From: Planctomycetota bacterium
Lineage (GTDB): Bacteria; Planctomycetota; UBA8108; SXIK01
Direction of reading: 5' to 3'
DNA length: 64,000 nucleotides
NCBI GenBank assembly: GCA_965223265.1
Contig: OZ244999.1
Span: forward strand, 9,088,001-9,152,000
Shown: positions 18,543-29,201 of the stretch, piece by piece
Position numbering within the stretch: the stretch's first letter is position 1
Layout: each line of letters begins with the position of its first letter
Position numbers and translations under genes: made by a program
Notes under the pieces: model-generated
What the model saw: only the letters and a program-made list of their open reading frames with translations
Told to the model about the DNA's origin: nothing
The model's database searches: none

Positions 18543-20280
18543 TCAGCGCCGATTGGACGCCGGTACTCCTGCGTGACGACTGCGATTGAGGAGGCCGAAA
18601 ACGAATCCGATCGCGAGGCCGCTCAAGTGGGCTTCGCCGCTGACCGCCCGGTGCGTGACGTCGAAGAGACATTGGAATGCGACGACAACGACGATCAAGA
18701 TGAAATTGGTGCGTGCGAGTCGTGACTTTTCGGCGAGCCACGTTTTCAAGAGCAGGGCACCCGCGGCGCCGACCAGGCTGAAGATCGCACCGGATGCGCC
18801 TACTAGTATGCGATCGGACTGGAGGAGGAACCAGACCACCCCCGACCCGGTGCCCGCCAACATGTAGAGGGAGAAAAACGACAGTCTGCCGAGCCGTTTC
18901 TCGACGAACGGGCCGATCGCCCAGAGTGCGAGCATGTTGCTGGCGATGTGAAACAGACCATAGTGCAGAAAAACAAACGTGAAGAGGCGCCAAATTTCCC
19001 CGGCCCTAACGGCGGCTGTGTCGAGCGCACCGAGTCGCTCGAGCGTTTGAATGTCGGTGCTGCCGCGACCGAACACCGCCGCGATCAACTCGAGGGGCGC
19101 AAGCTGTTTTAGCGTCTCGATGTTGGTGAGAGCGCTGACGACAATCTCGGCCGAGAAAACCAGGAGATTCAGCGTCAAGATCGCGTTTGTCACCCACGCG
19201 TGGTGCCGAAGGTACGAGGCGAGAAGTGTCGAGCGGTCCTCTCGGAGCTGGTCGGCATCGGCGCCGTCGACGATCGCCGCTAACTCGGCCGATAGCTCCA
19301 CGCCGTGGGAGTCTTCCGCCTGAGCGATACGGTCTTCGATCGCGGTGCGGTTGAGGGGATCGGCCGTGGCGAGAAGACTGGATAGATCGACGACGCCATC
19401 TCGGTGACCGCCCGTAAGCTTTGCGGTAGCCAGCCAGAAATCTTTGGAGAGCGCTGGGTAGTCCATGAGGACGGTTTGCAGCAGCCGCTGTACCGCCTGC
19501 GGACGGCCACAAAACGCAAAGAGGAATAGATACGCGGCGCCGCGCGTCTCTCGATTCACACGAAAGTTCGTGATTGTCTGGCGATAGTGCGCAAACTCGC
19601 GGATGAGGCGCTCCGTGTTTCCAGTTTCCCCGAGGGATCGCAAGAACAGCGTTAGGGCTACTGGGTCTTCGCGACCCTGTCTCTCGTTGAGCTGCGTTTC
19701 GAGCAGCGCGAGGATCTCATCCCACTTCTGCTCGAGCCGAAGGCGCTGAAGGCGCGCCGAGAGAGCAGACGGGTGGTCGAGTGTCTCGAGGCGCTTCAAA
19801 TGTTCGATCGCCTGTTCCGGTTTCCCCGCTTTCGCGAGCTCGGCACCTCGAAAGATCTCTCGCTGTTGCTCCAGACCTCGCGCCAGCCTGATCCGAATGA
19901 GAAGATCGAGAAGCCTGCCGGCTTTGCCATACTCCTGGGCGTTGAGGTGCCGTGAAACTCGCCGCAGCACGAGCGCCGGAAAGAGAATGAGGACAACCCA
20001 CGCGGCGAAGACGATCGGCAGTGCACTGTTGCCAAAGAGGGTCAGGGCTGCGATCGCGACGGCCACCACGATCAAAGCGGGTACGTCGACGCGCCGCCCT
20101 CGCCGTCTCTGTAGGACACGTACGAGAAGTGCCGCTCCAATCATCAGGACGATGAGAGTGCTGACGTCTTCGAAGTTGATCAGAGCTTGACCTCTGGCGC
20201 GGGACGGTTGTTCTTCAGGGGAGATCGTCTGCTGAGGTCGCTCATAGGCGTCGAGTTCTGTAAGGCGTTGGCTTCGGTCT
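18543..20280 (-). CDS. Rhomboid intramembrane serine protease with N-terminal TM and TPR-like region (start uncertain)
   Basis: EIWRLFTFVFLHYGLFHIASNM, VGASGAIF (catalytic Ser), AHLSG (catalytic His). The ORF extends to 20456 but overlaps the upstream gene, so the start is approximate. Confidence 0.8.
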
Positions 20281-20283
20281 GCT

Positions 20284-21675
20284 TCATGGGCTCGTTTCGC
20301 GACGGAGATCGACGCAAACAAGGCGTGAACCGTCGCGCGCGTACAGGCGCCCATATGCGAGCGCCGTGTAGGCTCGAACCTCGCCGGGCAGAATCTTTGC
20401 GCTCTGTTTGAGGTTGTAGCCTGCCGGATCTGCGGCAACGCGGCGCAGCTCTCCACTCTCCATGACGAAGAGGAGATCGCTCCCAGCGAGCGTCACACTG
20501 CCGCTGCCAAAACGATCGGCTGTCCAGCGGACCTCGCCCGTCGCGAACTCGACGCACCGCAAACGGGGCGTCGACTCCTGTCGGCCGTCGAGACCATAGA
20601 GAAAGCCGTCTCTAGCTACGCTTGTAAGATAATGATTCGAGAGGATTTCGTCGCCGGACCAGACCTTCTCGAGCCCGGAGGCGGTGACACGCGAGACCAC
20701 TCCTCCAGTTCGGTAGCTGGCCGAGATGAATACGTGATCAGCGACGACGATGGGCGTTGCGGCGTTGACCGAGGCATGGAGGCGTGCTCGCCACTTGAAC
20801 TGATCGCGGATTCGGCCATCGGTCGGGTCGACGTCGACAAGTCCGTGCCGCGTAAAGAAGAAGACATGACGCTCCCCAGCGATGGTTGCGCCGACCGGTG
20901 ACGAGTAGCTGGCCTCGTGATCGCCGGCTTTCCATCGCAGTTCGCCCGTTGCGCTATCGAGTGCCACGATGCTGTTGCCGTCGTCTCCGCCAGCGTTGAG
21001 TAGAACCAGATCCTTCTCAACCAGCGGAGAACACGCCGCACCGAAAAATCCTTGCGGAACGTTAAATTTCCCGTGAACGTCGACTCTCCACAGCTTCCGG
21101 CCATCCTTGGTGTCAACCGCGTGAAGAATGCCTCCAGCGCCGAGAGCATAAACTCTCCCTGCATCCACGGTCGGTGTTGCGCGTGGGCCGTTGTTGAATC
21201 CGTAGCGATCCTTGTAGTTCGACGCATAGGCGAAGCTCCATCGCTCCTCCCCGGAGCCAGCGTCGAGCGCCAGAATCTCTTCTTGATCGTCGCGCCGGTG
21301 AAAGACAAGGAGCGTATCGCCGGCGACAACTGGAGCGCTGTAACCTTCGCCGATCGCGTGCTTCCAAACAGTCTTCGGACCGCCTTCAGTCCAAGTAGCG
21401 GCGACATCCTTCCCCGTGTAGGTGGAGTTTCGCAGTGGGCCGAGATGCTGCGGCCAATCGTGTGCCGCGAGTTTGCCGGGCGACTGTAGAAGGAACGCCG
21501 CGGCGAAGAGGAAAGCGCTGGAAAGGAAAGCTGGCAAACGGTGATTTCTTTTGGGGAAGACGCTGCCGCTATTGGTCCCTAATGGATGACGGCAGTGGCG
21601 CAGTCCATGCGACAGAGTCCTTTGGTCGCGGCGCGGACTCGAGACGTTAGAGAGACTGGCTGCTAAGAAGACCAT
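20284..21675 (-). CDS. PQQ-binding-like beta-propeller (BamB-like) protein
   Basis: Signal peptide then DWPQHLGP.R. Repeated xSPxV / ALD..xGE.RW blades. Start approximate. Confidence 0.85.
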   Translation of the reverse strand: MVFLAASLSNVSSPRRDQRTLSHGLRHCRHPLGTNSGSVFPKRNHRLPAFLSSAFLFAAAFLLQSPGKLAAHDWPQHLGPLRNSTYTGKDVAATWTEGGPKTVWKHAIGEGYSAPVVAGDTLLVFHRRDDQEEILALDAGSGEERWSFAYASNYKDRYGFNNGPRATPTVDAGRVYALGAGGILHAVDTKDGRKLWRVDVHGKFNVPQGFFGAACSPLVEKDLVLLNAGGDDGNSIVALDSATGELRWKAGDHEASYSSPVGATIAGERHVFFFTRHGLVDVDPTDGRIRDQFKWRARLHASVNAATPIVVADHVFISASYRTGGVVSRVTASGLEKVWSGDEILSNHYLTSVARDGFLYGLDGRQESTPRLRCVEFATGEVRWTADRFGSGSVTLAGSDLLFVMESGELRRVAADPAGYNLKQSAKILPGEVRAYTALAYGRLYARDGSRLVCVDLRRETSP

Positions 21676-21844
21676 GCCTCGACTGTAGCCGCGAAACTTC
21701 GACTTCTCAAGCGGTGCCTGGGGGTTCCGGCGACGGCGGTGTGCACACCTCAGCGGGCGTCGCCTTCGCGCGTCGACAGTCGAGGTGGCGGGGGCCGCAC
21801 TTACGACGGACCCCCTGACCCGTTCTTTCCGTCTCGGTAACGAA

Positions 21845-23749
21845 TCACTTGAAATCGATGTCGCTGCCGCCTTTCTCGAGCCAAGCGAACTCACCTTCAG
21901 TGATCCGCTGCGCCAGTTTGTAGCCGGCGCGATCCGAGTTCTTCCGCACACCCTTGAAGTTGGCCTCAATGCGCTGTTTGGCGTGCTCGCAAAACAAGGC
22001 CGCGAGGTCGATGACTCCTTCGTTTGCCTTGGCGTCGGCACGGTCGAGCGCGTCGGCACGCGAGCAAGAGGCTGCCATCGCGAACAGCTCGGTGCCGATC
22101 TCGACGTAGCGCGCCAGCAAAGATTGGCGCTTCTCGAGTCCTGCCTGGTGCACGTTCATAGCGTGAAAGAGGCTTCGCGCCAAGCGACGGGTCGTCTTGT
22201 CAATGTACTTGAGATGCGGCGCTAGCGCCCGATGCGCGTGGAAGCCACGACTCAACGGATTCCAGAGGCTCGGGTACCAGTGTGCATAGTGGAGTCCGGC
22301 CTTGAAAAAGCTTGCGATCCTTTTGAGTATTGGAGCGCGTGGATTGAGCAAGTCTCCAGCACGCCGCAAGTGGGGATCCAGTGCCTCGCGTGCGAGGAAA
22401 AGCCGCATGATTTCGCTGGTGCCTTCGAAGATCATATTGATGCGGCAGTCGCGCATGAAGCGCTCGATCGGAACGCCTTTTTCCCCACGAGCGCGCAGCG
22501 ACTGAGCTGTCTCATAGCCGCGGCCGCTACGAATCTGCACAGTTTCGTTGATGATGTCCCAAGAGACTTCGGAGCAGAACATCTTGCACATCGCCGCCTC
22601 GAGACGAATGTCAGCTTGTCCGCGATCGACCAGCGCGGCGGTGTAGAGCGAGATCGCCTCCTGAGCGAAGGTATGTGAGGCGATGAACGCCACCTTCTGG
22701 GCGATGGCATCATGTTTGCCGATGTTCGCGCCCCATTGCTCGCGTTCTTTGGCAAATTCGCGCGCGATGCGCAGGCACACCTTGCTCGCGCCAGTGCACG
22801 CCGCAGGTAGGGTGAGACGTCCGGTGTTCAGAGTCGTCAGCGCGACGCGAAGCCCTTTCCCTTCGGCGAAAATGATGTTCTCGCGTGGCACTTTGACGTT
22901 CGTAAAGCGGATGATGCCATTGTAAAGCGCCTTGAGCCCCATGAAACGGCAGCGCGTGACGATTTCGACGCCTGGCATGTCGCGCTCGACGATGAATGCC
23001 GTGATCTGCTTGCGTTCCTTGCCGCGAACAATCTTCGGTGGCGTCTTTGCCATGACGACGAACAGGCCCGCTTTCAGACCGTTCGTGCACCACAGTTTCT
23101 CCCCGTTGAGGACAAAGTGTTCGCCGTCCTCGGTCGGCTCGGCGTGAGTCGACATGTTCGCCGGATCCGACCCCACTTCGTCCTCGGTCAGTGCAAACGC
23201 GGAGATCTCGCCCTTGGCGAGGCGGGGAAAGAAGCGTTTCTTTTGGTCGTCCGTGCCGAAAAGCTTGAGCGGCTGGGGAACGCCGATACTCTGATGTGCG
23301 GACATCAAGGCACCCGTGTTGCCACAGTAGCTCGCCGCGAACATGGCTCCACGGCTATAGTTGGTCTGCGAAAGTCCGAGGCCGCCGTACTCTTTCGGGA
23401 TCTTGATGCCGAACGCGCCGAGCTTCGCGAGAGCGTCGATTGCCTCCTGCGGAATCTCGCCGGTCGCATCGACCTCGTCGGGGTCAATCTTCTGTTCGAG
23501 AATCTTTCGGAGCTCAGCGACGAATTCGTCACCGAGCTTCGCATCCTCTGCGTCCTGCAGCGGGTAGGGCAGGACGAGATCGTCACGGAATCGGCCCATG
23601 AAGAGCTCTAGGGCGAAACTCGGAAACGCCCACTCTGATTCACGAGCGGCTTCGGTGACCTCGAGCGCCTGACGCTTGCCCTCGGTCATGTTGGAGGTGT
23701 CGATTTTCAGCTCTTCTTCGGCGGGGGCTTGGGTCGTTTCAGGACTCAT
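21845..23749 (-). CDS. Acyl-CoA dehydrogenase (VLCAD-like)
   Basis: FGIKIPKEYGGLG, AFALTEDEVGSD, LNGEKLWCTNG, IERFMRDCRINMIFEGTSEI. ATG 23749 is preceded by GAGGTG. Confidence 0.93.
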   Translation of the reverse strand: MSPETTQAPAEEELKIDTSNMTEGKRQALEVTEAARESEWAFPSFALELFMGRFRDDLVLPYPLQDAEDAKLGDEFVAELRKILEQKIDPDEVDATGEIPQEAIDALAKLGAFGIKIPKEYGGLGLSQTNYSRGAMFAASYCGNTGALMSAHQSIGVPQPLKLFGTDDQKKRFFPRLAKGEISAFALTEDEVGSDPANMSTHAEPTEDGEHFVLNGEKLWCTNGLKAGLFVVMAKTPPKIVRGKERKQITAFIVERDMPGVEIVTRCRFMGLKALYNGIIRFTNVKVPRENIIFAEGKGLRVALTTLNTGRLTLPAACTGASKVCLRIAREFAKEREQWGANIGKHDAIAQKVAFIASHTFAQEAISLYTAALVDRGQADIRLEAAMCKMFCSEVSWDIINETVQIRSGRGYETAQSLRARGEKGVPIERFMRDCRINMIFEGTSEIMRLFLAREALDPHLRRAGDLLNPRAPILKRIASFFKAGLHYAHWYPSLWNPLSRGFHAHRALAPHLKYIDKTTRRLARSLFHAMNVHQAGLEKRQSLLARYVEIGTELFAMAASCSRADALDRADAKANEGVIDLAALFCEHAKQRIEANFKGVRKNSDRAGYKLAQRITEGEFAWLEKGGSDIDFK

Positions 23750-24207
23750 TCTCACCTCTTCCGGTTGGGTGGAGGACCGACGTGTCGATCGGATTGAGGT
23801 CTTGTCTTGGTTGTAGAATAACGCCGCAGACCGCAGATCTCGACGGTCCCAGAGGGCTTTTTGGGAACTCCACCCGTCGTTGACTGTCGAGTACGCGCTT
23901 CCTTCATTTCGAGCGCTGGGGATCTCCGACTTGAGCCCGCTTTTGTGCTGTCCGGTTTCTGGCCCCCGCGCCGGCGAGAAATGACGGCAAGAAACGCTCT
24001 TGACTCCGTGAATCGCACGCCGTTGGCGACGTTCGAGCCGCGTCGGCATCCTCGCACATGGTGAACTACGCGAGCCACCGCGTCTCGAAAGGTCGCTACT
24101 GAAGGGCTCTTCGCCGCTCTTGCGCGTTCCTTCTTGCTGGCGTTGGGGTCAGAAACTGAGGTAGGGGCTTTTCTCTCGTGCCGTACCTCGGTTTAATCTA
24201 AGGTTCC

Positions 24208-24540
24208 ATGATGCGCCAACAGGAAGACGAAGCCGAACGCCCTGATGATCCCGTCTACCTCAACGGTCGACGTGAAGCGATCACCACACTCGTTATCTGG
24301 GCCGTTTTCGGGATCTATACTCTGACCTACTGTTACTTGAACGGGTATGTTTGCGACCCGGCCACGATCGGCACGGTTTTCGGCGTCCCCGACTGGGTCT
24401 TTTGGGGTGTGTTCGTGCCGTGGGTCGCCGCCATTCCCGTCTCGTGTTGGTTCGCTTTCGTCGTCATGAAAGATGATCCGCTCGGCGACGAAGGGGACGA
24501 AAACGCTCACCCAGCTGCAAGCGAGGGTGATGATGTTTGA
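24208..24540 (+). CDS. YhdT/DUF997 family small membrane protein
   Basis: RREA + two TM helices + GVPDWVFWG + MKDDPL. Typical partner upstream of panF. Confidence 0.8.
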   Translation: MMRQQEDEAERPDDPVYLNGRREAITTLVIWAVFGIYTLTYCYLNGYVCDPATIGTVFGVPDWVFWGVFVPWVAAIPVSCWFAFVVMKDDPLGDEGDENAHPAASEGDDV

Positions 24541-26503
24541 GCACGGCGAAGCTGCGATCAGTTTCTTGTGTTACACCCTAGCCGTTTTTGTGCTGGCGAT
24601 TCTGTCGCACCAACTCCTGCAGAAGAAGTCCTTCCTGAAGGAGTATTTTATCGGCAGCCGTGGACTCGGCGTTTGGGCACTGGCGATGAGCTACGCCGCC
24701 ACCAGTGCCAGCGGCGGCAGCTTCACCGGCTTCCCGGCGCTGATCCACACACATGGTTGGGTTTTGGCGCTTTGGATCTCGAGCTACATGGTCGTACCTA
24801 TCTGCGCCATGGGAATGCTCGGCAAACGGATCAATCACATGGCGCGCAAGACGGGGGCGATCACGGTTCCCGATCTGCTGCGCGACCGGTTCCAAAGCCC
24901 CGCGCTCGGAATCCTGTCGAGCCTCTTTCTGGTCGCGTTTCTCGCCTTCAACTTGGTAGCGCAGTTCAAGGCTGGCGCGGTCATCATCGAAAAGCTCGTT
25001 GGCGACGTAGAACTCTACAAAAGAGCCGCGTCAGGTCTCGAGTGGATGCCGGCCGTTTTTTCCTTCGTCGGCGAAAGACCGGAAGGTAGCTACTGCCTGG
25101 CACTCCTTATCTTCGCCGTAGCCGTTGTTGGCTACACAGTGTACGGCGGCTTTCGTGCGGTCGTGTGGACGGACGTGCTCCAAGGCATTGTCATGTTCTT
25201 CGGTGTTCTGATCCTTCTCGGCTGCACGCTGGGGAGGCTCGATAACGGTCTCGAAGGAGTCACCCGTGATCTCGCACGGCATCGTTTCGCGATCGCAAGC
25301 CTCGCGTATGATCGTAGTCAGGGTTCGGGCGAAGAGAACTTCCTGAGAGTGCCCGCGGCGTCGCGTCTCGACGTCCGAGTCCCGAGTGCTGGAGGCAGTG
25401 AACAGCGCTGGGCCCTGCGCCTCGAGAAACCCGCGATGTTCGAGTGGGGCGAAGATCCGGAGTCGGCGAACGTCGTTGAGGTTGACGTCGACGTTCGCAT
25501 CCTGCCGACGTTTACCGATCCGGCAGCGTTTCCCCAATCGCTGCCAGCCGCCGCCAAGATTGTCCTGTTGCCGCCGCGGGAAGGCGCTGCTGAACAGTCA
25601 ACGTTGAGCGCCGTGCGCGTGACGGCGATCGTTTCCAAGCCAGAACACTCGTTCGTTTCGGCTCCTGGCTTCGGCGGCGAGCTAGGTTTCCTGCCGTTTT
25701 CAATCGCCATCTCGTTTTTCGTCATGTGGGCGATCTCGGGCACGGGTCAGCCGACGACGATGGTGCGATTGATGGCGTTTTCGAACACCCAAGTCCTGCG
25801 GCGTGCGGTCTTCAGCGTCTCGATCTACTACACGCTCATCTATATTCCTCTAGTGATCATCTTTGTCTGCTCGCGATACATCCTCGAACCGCTCGAGCGC
25901 CCCGACGAGGCCATGGCCGCGATGGTGCTCGAGGTTGTTCCCGGCTGGCTTGGCGGCGTGATCATGGCTGCTCCGTTCGCGGCCATCATGTCAACGGTCG
26001 ACAGCTTCCTGCTCGCGATCGCTTCTGGTCTGGTGCGCGACATCTATCAGCGGAGCATCAATCCGCACGCTTCGCCGCAGACGCTGCGCCGCCTGAGCTA
26101 TTTGACGACGCTGTTCATCGGCGTGGTTGTCTTCTTCGGGGCGCTGAATCCGCCGCGTTTTCTTCAGTACATCATCATCACGACGAGTTCCGTGCTCAGT
26201 TCGACATTTCTTTTCCCGATCTTTTTCGGGCTCTATTGGAAGCGGATGAATCGGGTTGGGGCGCTGTGCGGCATGATCATTGGTGGTGGCGTCTGCTTCG
26301 CGTTTTTCGCTCTGAGCTGGGCGGGATACAGCCCTCAGAATCTCGGCGGCTTCGCCCCCGTCGTCTGGGGTTTCGTTGCCTCAGTCGTTAGCTGCGTCGT
26401 CGGCAGTTTGATTTCAGCGCCGCCGCCGCGTTCACTCGTTAACTTCTACTTCGCTGCTCCAGCAAGTCGCTCGTCGTCGCAACCGACGAACGGCGACGCG
26501 TGA
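24530..26503 (+). CDS. panF: Sodium:solute symporter, PanF (pantothenate)-like
   Basis: FLKEYFIGSRGLG, SYAATSASGGSFTGFP, YGGFRAVVWTDVLQG, AAIMSTVDS. Adjacent to DUF997. Confidence 0.8.
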   Translation: MMFEHGEAAISFLCYTLAVFVLAILSHQLLQKKSFLKEYFIGSRGLGVWALAMSYAATSASGGSFTGFPALIHTHGWVLALWISSYMVVPICAMGMLGKRINHMARKTGAITVPDLLRDRFQSPALGILSSLFLVAFLAFNLVAQFKAGAVIIEKLVGDVELYKRAASGLEWMPAVFSFVGERPEGSYCLALLIFAVAVVGYTVYGGFRAVVWTDVLQGIVMFFGVLILLGCTLGRLDNGLEGVTRDLARHRFAIASLAYDRSQGSGEENFLRVPAASRLDVRVPSAGGSEQRWALRLEKPAMFEWGEDPESANVVEVDVDVRILPTFTDPAAFPQSLPAAAKIVLLPPREGAAEQSTLSAVRVTAIVSKPEHSFVSAPGFGGELGFLPFSIAISFFVMWAISGTGQPTTMVRLMAFSNTQVLRRAVFSVSIYYTLIYIPLVIIFVCSRYILEPLERPDEAMAAMVLEVVPGWLGGVIMAAPFAAIMSTVDSFLLAIASGLVRDIYQRSINPHASPQTLRRLSYLTTLFIGVVVFFGALNPPRFLQYIIITTSSVLSSTFLFPIFFGLYWKRMNRVGALCGMIIGGGVCFAFFALSWAGYSPQNLGGFAPVVWGFVASVVSCVVGSLISAPPPRSLVNFYFAAPASRSSSQPTNGDA

Positions 26504-26650
26504 CGCGCCGGGTGTTGTGAGGGTGTCGGCGTAGCGACGAGGCGCACCGACCGACGCGATCCATGGCCTGAGTGCTGCGCTTGAAGCGTGACGGGCAGGT
26601 GACACTCTGGGTAATACCGCGCGATGATCGCCGCCAGCGATCGATGATGG

Positions 26651-27244
26651 TCACTCGAGATCGAGGAACTCACGCTTGAGTGCGTTCCAGCGCTTCTGGG
26701 ATTTCTTGCCCCACTTCTCGAACTTACGGTCGATCTTTGCGACCTTACGTTCCTGCCACAACCGACCAGAGCTTTTGCCATAGAACTTGTCGGCGACGCA
26801 AATGATCTTCTCCTCGAGCGAGACCGGACACAGGTCGCGAGCAGGTAATGGTAGACCCTTGTTCTCGATCTCCTCGGCGGTCAAGCCGCTGCCGGTATGG
26901 CGTTCGCAGACGAGCGCGTGCTTTGGCAGCCCTTCCTTCTCGAGGGTCTTTCGTCCAAGAACTCCGTGCATGAGATATGGCTCGGAGCCATGACAGCCGA
27001 TTTCGGGCGCATCGCACTCACGGATGCCAATGTCGTGCAGCAGCGCAGCCTCACGGATGAATTCAAGGTCGAGCTCGGCGTCGGGTTCGACCTTACTGTA
27101 CCAGTGCGCGATGGAGAGTGCTTTCTGAGCCACCAACACGGAGTGGACAACGATGATTTCGTGCGCTTCGGAATCGACCGGATAGTACTTTGCAAGAATC
27201 GCCAATGCATCGATCGACAACGTGACTTTGCCTCTCTTTCCCAT
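26651..27244 (-). CDS. HD/HDIG-domain phosphohydrolase
   Basis: HS..V, ALLHDIG, HG..G, CERHTG, EEKIICVADKF. Confidence 0.88.
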   Translation of the reverse strand: MGKRGKVTLSIDALAILAKYYPVDSEAHEIIVVHSVLVAQKALSIAHWYSKVEPDAELDLEFIREAALLHDIGIRECDAPEIGCHGSEPYLMHGVLGRKTLEKEGLPKHALVCERHTGSGLTAEEIENKGLPLPARDLCPVSLEEKIICVADKFYGKSSGRLWQERKVAKIDRKFEKWGKKSQKRWNALKREFLDLE

Positions 27245-27296
27245 GTTTCGTTCCCTTCACTTTCCGGTGGTCTATCTCGTCACGCCCGGCGCCTCC

Positions 27297-29201
27297 TCAA
27301 GCGCTCTCGGTCGGGAGCTCCGAATCGAACGGGTCGGATAGCGAGATCCGCCGCAGCGGCGTCAGCTCGACCTCATTCCAGTTGACGCGAAGTGATTGCG
27401 AATCGCTTCGCGTCTTAATGTAGTGAGCCCGCACTCTCGCCCGAGTGTCTGGCGGTGGTGCACTCGTCGCGAGTGCAACCGCGGCCGGTGAAATGAGAGA
27501 GCGGATGTAGTCCTCCCGTTCGAGCTGTCTTTGGTATCCGGACCCACCCAGTTCGTGGAAGCGTAGGTCGATCTTCCAAGTGTTGAAGTAGAGTCTGCGG
27601 AATTTTGCAAAGTCTCCGGCCTGCAGATTCCTCGACCGGATGAGGCGCCTCAGTTTTCGGCGCCGGGTGAATGGTGATCGATGGACAAGATCACCGAGAT
27701 CCCTCGCTCTCGCAGCCGCTTCGACGCCTGCCGACTGCAATAGTTTGCCCCAACTGAAGAAGTCCTTCCAGTTCGTTTCCGACAGCACTGCTTGGTCGAG
27801 AACCGACTTCTTCGCCACCCAATCGAGTGAGTCAGCAAGGCTTTGCTGTTGATTCTCGAGTCTCTCGAGCGTCTCCTCCCACAGATCTATGATCTCGCGG
27901 TGTCGGATGCGGCCCTGCGGTCGACCATCGAAAAAAGTCTTGACGCGTCTTAGGTAGGAACGCTGGAGATTCATTGCTGTTGACGTCTGACCGCTCCGCA
28001 GACGAACCTCTTTCCACGGTCCACCGCGCGCGATTTCACGGAACGCCATGACGGGATTCTTCAAGCGAAGCTCAGCAAACGTCTCTCCTGCTTCGATCAT
28101 CTCCAGGAGGAGAGCAGTAACGCCGACTTTCAGTAGATTCGGGATGTCGGAGAGGTTGGAATCGCCGATCGTGATGGAGAGTTTCTTTTGCTCATCGAAG
28201 AGCGCCGCCGGCGAGTAGAGGAACCCTTTCAGGTCGAACATGGTCTTCGACCGCCCGAACATGATGATCTTCGCTACGCTTGACGTCAGCCGGCTGCGTT
28301 GCGACAGCTCAAAGGTTTCACTCTGAAAATCGAGACGTCCGGCTCCCGTATAGATCTGTCGACTGACGAGAAATGACGTCAAGTCCTTGACGAAAGGCCC
28401 AAAAGCGAGGCGGCTCAAGAGTAACGAATAGAGCTGCACTGGCGGATAGACGATGACCAGGAAGAAGAGCACAGGAATGGCACGAATCGACTCAGCAGTT
28501 CGCGTGCGACCGTCGCGAACCCAAAGATAAATGTGTTCTGCGGCGCGCCGCAGCGGCGGTAGTAGGCGCCCGATCACCAGCGTGGCGGCGCCGAATAGGA
28601 GAACGCAAAGCAGCGTGAAAAACGTCGGAAAGAGAAGCAAAAGGAAGATCGGGGCCGCGAGAATGAGGTACCGCAAGGCCGACCGCGGTGCTCGATGAGA
28701 GACGAGGTAGTTTTCGTGGCAGCCGAATCCGGTCCCAAAGCGATCGACGTTGTTCTTACCGAAGAACAGACGCCCCGGCCAACCGGCTTTCGTCAGCGCT
28801 TCGGCGGACTTGCGGCTGACGTCATCGAGGATTGTGTCGAACGCTTTGGAGTAGCAAACGACGTCCCACGGTGTTCGACACTCGGGTGTTGCTACTTCGA
28901 AGATCGGTGTGTCTTCCTGGCGACGCAGAAAGATTTCCAGGTGCACCTGGCCGCCGTTCTCGAGGAAATACCCGCCCTTCAGACCACTTGCAGGTGCCGA
29001 TTTGCGTCCCTCCAAAAGGCTGCTGTAGAGAACCTTCTCGAGCAGCTCGAAGGGCGCTTGCCTCTGCGGCGTCGCATTCGCGTCTAAATCGTCCGGGACC
29101 TCCGAGCCGACCGCGGGTTCGTAGATGACCGCGACCTCCGTCTCCAACCCGAAAATCCCCCTGCGTTCGTCGCTGGCGGGAAGGGGTTCGCGAGGGGCCA
29201 T
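27297..29201 (-). CDS. PafA/Dop (proteasome accessory factor PafA2) family Pup-ligase-like protein with membrane-spanning insertion
   Basis: IFGLETE, FLENGG, EVATPECRTP, KNNVD..G.GFGCHENYLV, FLVSRQIYTGAG, ELSQR, IGDSNLS..LLKVGVTALLLEMIE, LDWVAKK, KIDLRFHEL, PPPDTRAR.R. Confidence 0.88.
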   Translation of the reverse strand: MAPREPLPASDERRGIFGLETEVAVIYEPAVGSEVPDDLDANATPQRQAPFELLEKVLYSSLLEGRKSAPASGLKGGYFLENGGQVHLEIFLRRQEDTPIFEVATPECRTPWDVVCYSKAFDTILDDVSRKSAEALTKAGWPGRLFFGKNNVDRFGTGFGCHENYLVSHRAPRSALRYLILAAPIFLLLLFPTFFTLLCVLLFGAATLVIGRLLPPLRRAAEHIYLWVRDGRTRTAESIRAIPVLFFLVIVYPPVQLYSLLLSRLAFGPFVKDLTSFLVSRQIYTGAGRLDFQSETFELSQRSRLTSSVAKIIMFGRSKTMFDLKGFLYSPAALFDEQKKLSITIGDSNLSDIPNLLKVGVTALLLEMIEAGETFAELRLKNPVMAFREIARGGPWKEVRLRSGQTSTAMNLQRSYLRRVKTFFDGRPQGRIRHREIIDLWEETLERLENQQQSLADSLDWVAKKSVLDQAVLSETNWKDFFSWGKLLQSAGVEAAARARDLGDLVHRSPFTRRRKLRRLIRSRNLQAGDFAKFRRLYFNTWKIDLRFHELGGSGYQRQLEREDYIRSLISPAAVALATSAPPPDTRARVRAHYIKTRSDSQSLRVNWNEVELTPLRRISLSDPFDSELPTESA

